This document shows, piece by piece, positions 28,925-40,829 of a DNA stretch of 64,000 bases. The notes under the pieces were generated by a model that was not told the origin of the DNA, searched no databases, and saw nothing but the letters and a program-made list of their open reading frames with translations. This DNA comes from Neocallimastix sp. 'constans' (taxonomy: Eukaryota). Location: NCBI GenBank assembly GCA_050613775.1, contig JBODTK010000130.1, positions 124,001 through 188,000 of the forward strand, read 5' to 3'. A program made the position numbers and the translations under genes. Position 1 is the first letter of the stretch. Every line of letters starts with the position of its first letter.

Positions 28925-29394
28925 ATCCTTTTTAAAGTGGCTTCTAGTACAAAGAGAGAAATTTGGAATACAGGAAGACTGTAGAAAGTGAACTTGATGC
29001 TTTATATTGTTTTAAACTGGATTAGTAGTAACATTAGAGTTGTATAATTAATAATATCATGTAGTTTCCACATATTATCATTGTAATGAATCTATTGTAT
29101 TTTTTTACTTTAGCATTATTTTGTATATTATGTATTTTTTCTATAGTATTATTTATACTTTCATGTAGCTATTGTAAAATGTAAATGTAGGAGATTGATT
29201 CACTCCAAAGCTTGTGTTTAAGACAGTATTTAACGGATGGGAATCTTTTTATAGTCTTTCACTACTAACATTATTAACATTTTCATTTCAGTTTATTTAT
29301 GATTACATTAGAGAAATTTATTTTATCAATCAAAGCTTTACAAATCGATTAGAATTTAAGAAACTCAAAAAGTTAACAGAAAATACATAACAGA

Positions 29395-31936
29395 AAAAAA
29401 AAAAAAAAAAAAAAAGAGTTTATTCATTACTAAAATAACAGGAAAAAAGATATTATTCATTACTACAAAATTCTTAAGTTGTTCATTTTATTTAAACTTA
29501 ATCAATTACTCCACGAAGATAGGATCTTCATATTTTTATTATTATTTTATTTTTTTTTTGTTTATTTATATTTTTCTATTTTAATTATATATATTTTAAT
29601 CTATATTTATTAGTTTTAGTTTTTAGTTTTCATTGTTTCATTTTTTTTAATTTGTAGTTTTTAGTTCATTACGGAAAAGATATTTCACCGGGGTTCTCGC
29701 TGCTATGGAACATCTATTGACAACACAGGGTTGATTTTTATTCGTGGTATACACTCATGGACTAATGCTAAAATGATGGAATTTATTCATTCTAAATGAA
29801 AAAAATTCAATGATAATATTTTGTCAGTAAAGAGAATTACTAAATTCAATGATAGCTTCTTCAGGATAGAAGTATACACTCCAAATTTCAACCACAAAAA
29901 ATTTAAAAAAGTACTTATAAAGGCACTATCGGGAGTTAAAATTTTATATCGTAGATGTTCCAAATGAAATCATAAGGTTTCTTTTCGACATTTAAAACAA
30001 AATTTAATATCTAATAACACATCCAATGATATTAACACAGTAAACCTCAGTTCAACAAATTTAGTAAATGCTAATAATGGCAATCATGAACTCATTGCTC
30101 CCAATATTCCTAATCTTAATTCTCAAAATCCATTTTCACATTCTAACACAGGAAAGTTTTCTTTTTGTCTTAGTTGGAATACCAACGGTTGGAATTTTGT
30201 GAAAAGAGATAGTATTTGAGTACTTCAACACAATATTTAAACCATTATTTCTATGTTTTCAGGAAACAGATAATGGTACCAATGAGGCTAGAAATCCATG
30301 TAAAGTAACACTTCCCAACTATAAATATTTCTTGAAAAGAATGGATCTTACTACTCCAGGTTGCAGAGGTTTATATTTTGGTTATCATGTCTCATGCTAA
30401 GCAGTACTTGAAGATAATTCCTATTCTTATCTTGTTTTTTTAACAACATATAGTCTCTGGAATCACTCTAAGTGTTCTGTTGGTAATGTCTATATTCCCA
30501 CTAAGAAACACTCATTTCAAGTCCGATATGCATTTTCAGAAGTTTTCACATGGCTTCAGAATCACACTAATCATCCATCTATTCTTCTTGGAGACTTTAA
30601 CATGAGTACCTCTGATTTACAAGATAAATTATCCAATAGTAACCTTGATAACTGGTTTATTCTTCCTATTAATGGTTCACCAATTTCATGGACAAGAGGT
30701 AGATATTCATCAGATATTGATCATGCGTTAGTCAATTCAAGTATGCTGGATAAAATATCAAGTGCATATTTTGTTGATTGTCCTTCTGTGTCTGATCATA
30801 AACTTCTCATAGTTTATTGTAAAAAAAAATACCACAGATGATTCATTTTTGTTACCAAAAAAATTTGTAAGATGGGATAGGTATAAATGTCTTGAACAAA
30901 AGAAAGAAATATGTCATCACAATAAATTTGAAAATTCTTAGTGAAGAAATAGGAAATGAAGAACTTTCAATAGATTGTGTTATTGAAAAGTTCATTAACA
31001 CTACTAATTCCATTGCTAAGGATTTATTGATTACATCTTCAACAGAAATCAGAAAAGCGATGTTTAGAATGTCACGAAAAATTTATTGTCTTCAAAAGAT
31101 AAAGCATATTAAATACAAACAAATTAAGCGTTACGTTTCTACAAATGATTCTAATGAATTTGCTAAAATAATTGACTCGTATAACAGACTTTGTGAATCA
31201 ATTCATAAAAATTGTAACGAATTTAGGAAAAAAGAATATTTATATTGGATTAAAATTGGATGTTCGTTAGCTCTTAAAAAAGGATAGTAGGAAAGTATGG
31301 AAATGGGTTAAAAAGAATGCAAAAAAAAATAATCAAATCTTTCACGGTCTCTCATCCTATTAAAAATTATAATAATGACCTTGTTTCTTCTACAGATGAA
31401 AAATTAAAAGTTTGGCATTCCCATTATAAATTCTTAGGGTTGGATTCTTCAGGTCATAGTCTTTCTAAAGATTACTGGAAAGATTCTGATGCACTAAGGA
31501 ATTTTGGAAGACCAAGGCAACAAGAATGGGATATTAACCGAGGTATTAGTGATGAAAATAAAATTAGCAAAGCAATCTCCTCCACTCCTAACTTTAAAGC
31601 TTGTGGTCCTGATGGTATTCCAATGGAATTCTTCAAAGCTTTGATTCCTTGTAAAGATGATTCAGAAGGATCAGGTGATAATAATAGTAATATTTCATCT
31701 GGCTTTAAATGTTTCAAAGCCTTAATCAATTGTATTTGGAATAGTGATTTCCCAATTTCATGGAATAACGCATCAATAGTTTCTATTCATAAAAAGAGCG
31801 ATTCATCAGATTGTAAATTAACTATCCTTGGCATCTCTCTTATCAATAATGGATTAAAAATTATAGCATAGCAAAAATCATAGCTAATAGAATCTCTAAA
31901 TATGGAATTGATGAAGGTTTTATAAGACCAAAACAG
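29395..31936 (+). mobile_element. 5' half of a LINE (family D): N-terminal extension, APE endonuclease and start of RT; pseudogenised and cut at 31936
   Basis: APE motifs SWNTNG, LCFQET, LLGDFN, SDIDH and SDH; RT-proximal KACGPDGIPMEFF, IVSIHKK and IRPKQ. The 5' boundary is approximate. Confidence 0.85.
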
Positions 31937-32710
31937 TGATGTTTGCTATGAGGTTAGAAAACATCACTGAACCTATGAACATACATTCCTGGGCTATGGA
32001 ATGTGTGGAAAGTAAATTAAGAGGTATACTTCAGGACTTAGTAACTACCGATGAAGAAGGGGCAACGACATATCTATCCATCAACCAAATGAAGAAAGCT
32101 GTAGAAGATGCTTTAGAAGTTACTCCCCAGGAAAAATGCAAGAGACTCCAAAAACTTAGAATTAGAAAGGGTGAAAGTAATCCAAAACTTTAACTGGAGG
32201 TATAAAAAGCTCTACAATAATAGTCTTTCGAAACTATACCAATCTTTCATCACATTAAACGACTACATTGAATCCATTGCTAGTAAACCTTATACAAGAT
32301 CTCAAGTTATTACCCAGAGGTGTTATGACTTGGAAGATGCCTTTGAAGAAGCCAAATTAGCCGAAAGGGCTGAAGAAAATTTCCTACGTAAGCCCGAAAC
32401 TGTTCTAGCAACATTTCAGTCCAATCAACCTTATTATTATAAAGTCAACTACCGAGGTCATCCATTCAAAGGCTTTGGTAACCGAAAGTACAACACAAAG
32501 GATAACGACCGAAGCAATTATAGGCATGTAAAAGAAAATAAGCTAAAGTCAAGTCAAGAACAGGCCAGAAGACGCCAAGATAACTCAAGCATACACCAAC
32601 AAAGTAATAAAAAAATGCTACAAATGTGGTAAAGTAGGACACTACTTAAATCAATGTCCTTATTGATTAAATTATTTAACAAAGCCTTGGATATAGATTT
32701 TCCTGGCTAA
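31937..32710 (+). pseudogene. Ty3/Gypsy-type gag (capsid plus CCHC knuckle), frameshifted, with no pol following
   Basis: LQKLRIRKGES.QNFN..Y capsid-like motif and CYKCGKVGHYLNQCP; similar in pattern to the gag at 34761. Confidence 0.75.
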
Positions 32711-33345
32711 GTTTAACCTACATAGTAATTGGGCTAGTAGGCTTTGGACTGCTGTATTTTATATTGAATACAGTAGCCGTGGTACACGCGTGGTATGACA
32801 CCGTGAAGAGGCAAGCTGCACGTCGGATAGGGTATACTATCAGATTATCTAAGAGTTTTGTTAAATAATAATAATTAATAATATAATATTAATAATAATA
32901 ATAATAAAAAAAAAATATTTAAAAAATTTTTTTAAAATTATTTGAGAAAATTTTTAAAATAACTTGAGAAAATTTTATTTTTTTTTGTAGTAACTTTATT
33001 TAATTATAGATTATAAATAAAAAAAAAATAATAATTAAAAAAAATTATAAAAAGTTAACAATTTTAAGAAGTTAATATTCGAGTAAGATAGTGTTAGCTT
33101 GTAGGATATTAATTTCATAAGCTCTTATTTACAATTTTGCAAGGTTTTGAAGATTGTAAACCCGAGTATCTCAAGGAACAAATCCTTGGTAATTAGGCAA
33201 ATACGTCCTAGAACTGTAAAACCTTCACGCTGAATGCAACTACACATTTCAACAGGTGATAGTTTGTTCACTCTCTCAGAAAATAAGAGGTGGGTCAGGT
33301 TCGATCCCCGATAAAACCTTGGTCATTCTTGCGAAGTGACGTTAA
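32680..33345 (+). ncRNA. Putative structured RNA downstream of gag: two GC-richer domains separated by an AT spacer, with a tRNA-like T-arm
   Basis: Several hairpins with G-U pairs on the + strand; TCAGG-TTCGATC-CCCGA at 33295-33311. Confidence 0.45.
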
Positions 33346-34466
33346 AATATATAGTTTTTTTTTTATTTTTATTTTAGGCTTTTATAAATTTGTTCCCCTA
33401 TTATTATTATTATTATTATTATTATTTTTGAAATAAAATAAAAAATATATATATATATATTTTTTCTATTATTAAAATAATAAATATTTCATTAATAATT
33501 CTTTTTTTAATAAATAATAAATTAAATTTTTCTTTAGTGTAGAACTAACTTTTTAAAAAAAAAAAAAAAAAATTTTTTTTTATTCAATAATATTCTTGTA
33601 GATTTAGATTTTTTATATATGTAAAAAAAAAAAAAATAAAAATAAAAAATATATATATATATATATGTAAAAACAATTAAAAATATATAAATATATAAAA
33701 TATAAATAATATTATATTATTATTATTATTTATTTATTTTTTTCTTCTTTTAATTCAAGTGTATTATTTTTAAGATATTATATAATTAAAAATTTTTTTT
33801 TTATAGTTGAATTTTTTTTTGTATGTGTTAAATTTTCTATCATTCGTTATATAATTAATTAAATTTTAATTAAAAAGAAAAATATAAATTAGATGTCTTA
33901 CAACTCTCTACGCGGGATAGTTGAACACCCACACATAATACTTTGTTGTTTTGATCTTGTTGATACTGGGAAAGATACGTTATTATCTTCTTTATTACTA
34001 ACAATAAGTTAGCCAAATTAAAAAGAATTTAATATTGCTACCTTCTTTTTATTAAGTCACTTAATAATTAACAATCGACATTATCAACTTATCAATAAAG
34101 AGCTAAGGGGACTTATTGTAAGAAGGGTTAACAATCTATATATTTGATAGTTCAACACTATATAGTTTGGTTTGTATTTTAACTTTTTATTTAATATTTC
34201 ATTAAATATTATAACAAAGAATTAATAGAATAATAAATATATACAAAAAAAAAAAAAAAACAATATATATATTATTATTATTTAAGTATTTATACATTTT
34301 GTTTTATGTTATATTAATTATTTTAATATAAGAAATAAATATATTAAATAAAATTAAATAAAGAAGTTAATAATACAAAATAAATTAAAAAAAAAATTAA
34401 GATATACATATTCTGTGCATTAATGCTTAAGAGAATATAATAAATATTAAAATTCATAATAAAAGC

Positions 34467-34642
34467 TTCAGATTTTCAAATTGAGTTTTTGAGTCTGAAT
34501 TTTAATTTTTTTTTTTTTTGTTTCAGATTTTCGAATGGCGTTTTCGAGTCTGAATTAATTTATCAGATTTTCAGAGAGAGATTCTGAGTCTGAAATATTA
34601 TTAGAATAAAGAATTGGATTATCAGAGGGTTTTCTGAGTTCA
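34467..34642 (+). promoter_or_regulatory. Array of four related stem-loops in the gag leader
   Basis: tcagattttc...gagtctgaa repeated, with covarying inner stems. Confidence 0.6.
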
Positions 34643-34760
34643 TAATTATATTATAAAACAAACATAAACTTATTTTTAATAATTATTAAATATATTTTTA
34701 AAGTAAACATATTTTTAAATTGGATATCATAGCATTAATACCAATTTTAAATATTTTCAA

Positions 34761-37700
34761 ATGTCTGAAAATAAAATCAATTTTAAAGAATTAAAAAAGG
34801 AATTAAAAGGTATTGAGAAAATTTCAAAGGAAAATCTCTATATCAAATCTTGAGAATAAGAAATTCAATTATGGATAGAAATTGAGGAAGTTACTGATCC
34901 CAAAACGATTTTTACTGCCTGCTTACTCACGTCTACTGGAGAGCCTGGCGAAGTTATTCAGGATTTAATTGAAAATTATAGTACCGATTCTGAATCAGAA
35001 AGTGAGGACGAAGAAGAAGAATCTGATTCAGAAGAAAAGAAAAAGGATCAATATCCTTCCTTAAAGGAAATTGTAGAAGCACTAGAAACTTTTTATGGTC
35101 GTAAAGAAGATCAGAATATGTTACTTCGTGAGCTCCGTGCCTTAAGAATTAAAAGAAATGAGTGAGTAAAAGACTTTAATACTAGTTTACGATTCATATA
35201 CTTGAAATTAGATAAGAAAAGAAAGAAGCGTGTCAGTGTTCTCGATTATATTGATGCTCTTAGGAACAATGAAGAAGCTTGGAAAAGGGTCTCCCTTAAG
35301 GATGACATTTCCTAAAATCGGGCGTTTGACATTGCAGAAAAGGTTGATAGAGTAATGACTTTGAGACCCTCAAAAGAGGACTCACCTGAAATTGTTAACC
35401 CCAGAATAAATATCAGGAATAATTATCAAAACAACAGAAAGGTAGTAAGAGAGAATCTTGAAGTTAGAAGTCCAAAAGGAAATAAAGACTACGAATTGGA
35501 GGACTTAACAAAAAAAATGAAAAATCTTACCATTAAAGCTTGTTTTTATTGTAGAGATCCAGGACATTTGCAGTATAATTGTCCTAAGTTAAATGCAATT
35601 ATTCAAGAAAACAGGAAACGAATTTATAGTGGTAAATCTTTAAACCATTAAAAGGGAGAGGAAGCACTCCCTATAAAAATAAAATAGCTTCATTACAATA
35701 CAAATCTATTCCAAGTAGTACAAAAGATTATAATAAGGAAGAAAAAGAAGATGCTTCCTATACTAATGAAACTCACAAAGAATCTGATAATGAGAATGAT
35801 GTGGAATTTATAGTTAGTACGATAAAAAGGAAGTTGACGACTAACGATGAAACTAGTAAAAATAGTGAAAAGAGACAACGTAAAAGTTTCAAAGATAATC
35901 CTACCCCTATAACAACTCCTGCAATAAGAAGGATAAGAGAGAAGGAAATAGAAAATAGAATAATCGTTAAAAATAAAAATCAACTACATCCTTCGATAAT
36001 GGCGCAGCCTAATATAAATATTGAGAAAGCCAAAGGAAAACAAATTCGGAATAAAGAAAGAGCTAACTTTGGAAATAACAAGGAAAAAAGGAAGGAAAGG
36101 GAGGATAATATTACTATAAGAGAAAAGCAAAGTCTGGATTCTTCAAAACAAAAAAATAGCATCAGTACTACTAGTGATAAAGTGCATCAACGATTAAATA
36201 AATTAATCGATGATGAAAACGATAAAATTATTAAAACAAAACAAATCAAAGAAATGGAAGTTATTGAAGTTCCTGAAAAGCTTAATGACGAAGGTCAAGA
36301 GAATATTACTTTACAGAAACTCATAGATTTTCAAGAGCCTAAAGAAAAATCAACAATTAATAGAACGCTTAGGAACATCAAGATGTGTAAGGAAGGATCA
36401 GGAAGAATATGATGTTTTACAAGATTTTAATGAAACTAAGTGCAATATTAGTTTCGGTCAGCTCTTCAATGTTTCTCCAAAAATCAGAAGTCAAGTAAGT
36501 CAAAGATTAAAATTAGAAAAACCTGAAAAGAAAATAATAGGTGCATTATAAGCAATACTATTGCTGTTGCTTCTTTGGCAAATAATATTGATCACTCTTA
36601 TATTAGCAAAAGTAAGGAAACCTCAGAAGAAGATATTGCCATGGTTGATGTAACAGTAGATGAAATTCCTGGTAAAGCATTAATTGATTCTTGTAGTAAT
36701 CTCAATGTTATCACTAAAAAATTTTATGAAAAGTTACCGGGAAATTATGAAGAAGTAGGTATTAGTCGTGGAAGGATACGTCTAGCGACAAGGAATGATG
36801 AGTATTCGGAAGGAATCATTGTACGAATACCTGTTAAGATTAATGATTATAAAATGATAATAGATTTTCGAATAATTGATGATGATCCATTTTATGATTT
36901 GTTGATTAATTTCCAAACTCAAGTAGAACACAATCTTTTTATCCATCCTATAAATATAATTTATGCCAATTTAATTCTCAAGGGTTAATCGACGTTATAG
37001 CTCCTATTAATAATAGTTGCAAAGAAGAAGAAAAATTAGTATGCACTGTAAAGAAGATACTTGAAGATGAAGACACAACTAATAAGTTAAAGAAACTTGA
37101 AGGTCTCTCTCCGCAAGAGTATATCCATGATGAAAAATTTTTAGCAAGTCTTTGTAAAGATTATAGAGATGATAGAGATGTAATAGTAAAATTACTTGAA
37201 GAAAACTTGGACATTATAGCGACATCTTCTGAAGAATTAACACCATCAGATTTGGCCCCTCATAAAATTAATTTGAAAGCGAACGCAAAGCCTGTTAAGC
37301 AAAGATGTTACAGAGTAACCAAATTTAAATCTGATATTATTAAAGAAGAACTAATTAAACTTATTAATAAAAAGCTAATTGTACCATCTTATTCAGAATG
37401 GTCTTCACCTATTGTTGTGGTCCCAAAGGCTAATGGAAAGTAGAGATTGTGTGTGGACTATCGCAAGGTGAATGATCTAACCGAAAAAGACTCTTATGCC
37501 CTTCCATATATTGATGAGATATTTGACAGTCTAGATGGTGCCAAAATCTTTACTACTATGGACCTATACTTAGGATACCATCAAATCCTGATGGACGAAG
37601 AAAGTGTTGAAATTACCAGTTTTACTACCAAATTTGGCAACTACCAATTTAAAGTTATGCCTTTTGGATTGACTGGAGCTCCGTCAATGAATAGGATTTT

Positions 37701-39471
37701 ATTTCCTTTAATCGGAAAATGTGTTTTCAACTTTATTGATGACATACTTATATATTCAAAAACTGTCGAAGAGCATATCCAACACATAAAGCAAGTATTA
37801 ACAATCTTCAAGGAGCATAAATTAAAAATTAATATTGAAAAATATCATTTTATGCAAACTGAAGTTGAAGTTCTTGGTCACAAGATTTCTACTAAGGGTC
37901 TTAGTCCTCAAAATAGTAAAATCGAAGCAATTAAAGCCTGGAAAGAACCCACTAATGTACATGAGTTAAGATCATTCATAGGTGCTGTAGGATATTATAG
38001 GAACTTTATAAATGAATATGCTCAAACCTCAGCTTCTCTTTGTAAGCTATTAAGAAAAGGCGTAAAATATAAATGGAATAGTGAACAAGAACAAAGTTTT
38101 ATCATATTAAAAGAAAAATTAATTAATACCCCTATTTTAAAATATCCTGATTTCTCCAAAGAATTCATTATTCGTACAGATGCATCATATGAAGATATTG
38201 GTGGAGTTTTATTGAAGAAAGACGAGTCGGAAATAGAACATCCGATTCATTTCATTAGCCGTAGCCAAACCAAAGCAGAAAAGAATTATGGAATCACCGA
38301 TTTGGAAGGAGCGGCCTTATATTATTGTATTATTAAATTAAAACCTTATATTATGGGAAGCCCCTTTAGAACCATAGTCTTTACAGATCACAAAGCTTAC
38401 CTGGGTTTATTCAATAATAAGGAACCGAATAATGCACGACAAACAAGATGGTGTTTGACTGAAAGTTTGCTAAAAGTGGATATTCGCTATGTGCAAGGTA
38501 AAAAGAATGTAGTAGCCGACGCTTTATCTAGAATGAAGAATAATAAAGAACAAAAGGTATTGATAAAATCTGATAAAGCTGATTAAAATAATTCACTTTC
38601 TAAAGTAATTAAAGAATTTATTGAAGAAAAATTCACAAAGATTGATGGTATAGATTATTTTATAGATGGAAATAATTATATAAAACTTGTTACCGAAACA
38701 AATGAAAAACTAAAATTAATTCTAGAAGCACATCATGTTGGCCATGAAGGTTATTATAAAACATATCAAAGACTTAGAAAAAGTTACTACTGGAATGATA
38801 TGGTCAACGATATAAAACGGATAATCTCAAAATGCGAAAAATGTCAGTTAAATCGCCCTCAGCTATATCCAGAACCAACCGAAAACATTCCAACAGAAGT
38901 TGAAGGCCCTTTTACTCATCTTGGACTTGATATTATTGGCCCCTTAATAAAGACTAGTAATAACAACCAATATATAATTGTTGCGGTAGATTATTTCACT
39001 AAGTGGGTGGAGGCTGAACCTACTGAAAATATTACATCTAAGGACATCATTAAGTTTTTAATAAATGTTTTCGCTAGACATGGAGTTCCTCAAGTCATTA
39101 CAACGGATAATGGCATTCAATTCACATCGGATATGACTAAAATATTCCTTGACTTATACGATGTTTACGTAAAATTTACTACTACCTATCACCCAGAAAG
39201 TAATGGTTTGGTTGAAAATAGAAATAAAGAAATCGGTAAATTATTAAGACTACTTGGTGAAGAAAATAAAGACTGGGATGAGGTATTACCTTCGACCTTG
39301 TTGGCCCTTAGAACTACAGAGAATTCTGTAACTAAACATTCTAGCTTCGAATTAGTATATGGTCGTGAGGATCAACAGCCTTTCGACATTGCAGCTAGAC
39401 CTACTAGAGGAGTGAATAAATCCACAGATGAAATCCTTTTTGAAAAATTTATTCACTTCTACAAAATTTAA
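34761..39471 (+). mobile_element. Degenerate Ty3/Gypsy retrotransposon gag-pol (gag-CCHC, protease, RT, RNase H, integrase), 3'-truncated
   Basis: CFYCRDPGHLQYNC; ALIDSCS protease; CVDYRKVN, GYHQI, MPFGL, FIDDILI; TDAS RNase H; CEKC and DIIGP/TDNG/ESNG integrase. Domain order PR-RT-RH-IN; several stops. Confidence 0.93.
35639..35672 (+). promoter_or_regulatory. Programmed -1 ribosomal frameshift signal (T TTA AAC plus stem-loop)
   Basis: Slippery heptamer 35639-35645 in the gag frame, 7-nt spacer, stem agggag/ctccct. The -1 frame is open into ORF 35801-36412. Confidence 0.8.
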
Positions 39472-40829
39472 TTTTTGTAGATTAAGAATATTAGGTATAA
39501 ATCATTTTTGGTAAAGAACGAATATATAATGGATTATTAATTAGAATTTCAATTACTTTAGAATCCATTATATTGTTCTTAACTTAAGGTTACTTTACTA
39601 TATTTTCTATACTAAAATATTTTATAAAAATAATTTTTTTTTCATTTTTATTAAATGGTTACTAAAATATTATCAATAGTTCTATATTATTATTATTATT
39701 ATTATTATCAATATCTATAGTATAACCTTAAAATTTGTTAAAGTGTTTATTATTAATATTAATATTTTATTTTTATTTTCAAATATATTATTATATTATT
39801 ATTATATTGTATCAATATTAAAATTGTATTCTTTTTAGTATTTTATTTTATTTTTAAATTGATTATTTAATTTATAAATATTTTTATTCACCACAAACAA
39901 AATCAAACTTCATTGATTAACAATTAATATTAAATATATTATAATTTTTAAATTTATTTTATATAAAATATAAGAATATTATATTAGTATTCTTGATTAA
40001 AATAACTTTATTTTTCTGTAAAATCTTTTTAAATTTTGTTTGTTTCTTTTCGTATATATTAAATAATTTAGTTTTAGTATATGAAAAATAATATAAAATT
40101 ATATAAACAAAATTTATTAAAATAAAAATACTTATGAATTAGTTAATTTAAATTAATATAAAATTTGAAGTAATTAGTAATAGTAAATTATTTTTTTTTT
40201 TAAATATGATGATAAAATGTAGAAAGGCTTTACATATCTATTTTTTTCAAAAAGTATAAATAAGTGAAGTTTTTCAATAATTAAAATGAAGACAAACAGA
40301 AAAAAATAAATAATTAAATAAAAATATTTCTAATAAACCCGAACCATAACATCATTGATACGTGACCACTATAAATATGATATTTAAGTAGATTCTTTAG
40401 GTTAAAGAAATACTTAAATATTATTGGTCAATAATAATTTTATAATAATATATATAATTTTATAATAATAATTTTAAACGGAAATTCTTTTTTATATAAG
40501 TTTATACTTATGATAAATTAATTCACATAAATAGCTATTTTTATATTTTATTTTAGTATAGTTAAAAAGATATATGATATATATTTGAGATAATTATTTA
40601 TAATATTTATATGAGTAATAATAATAATTGATGTAATAATTAATAATAAATAAAGAGAATATTAAAAAGATATATTTATTACTTTATTTTGTACTATTGT
40701 ATGTGTTATTTCTATTTAATATTAGAATATATTATTTTGTTATAATTCCTTATTGTCATTGCCCATAAATAAATATTAATTTAGATTCATAAATAAAATA
40801 TTGTATCATCATTGATACGAGACCAATTT

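Noticed and set aside
32805..32850. Group II intron domain V (gctgc-ac-gtcgg looks like its 3' half)
   Set aside because: The 5' half does not pair as required and there is no AGC/CGC triad in register.
33143..33320. Canonical tRNA gene
   Set aside because: No A-box or D-loop GG, no U33, and the spacing is far too long; only the T-arm is convincing.
33322..33355. Helitron 3' end
   Set aside because: A hairpin is present but it is followed by ATAG rather than CTRR, and no Rep/helicase or 5' TC end was identified.
33890..34220. 5' LTR of the Gypsy element at 34761
   Set aside because: The island is GC-richer and plausible, but no second copy, clear termini or primer site could be identified.
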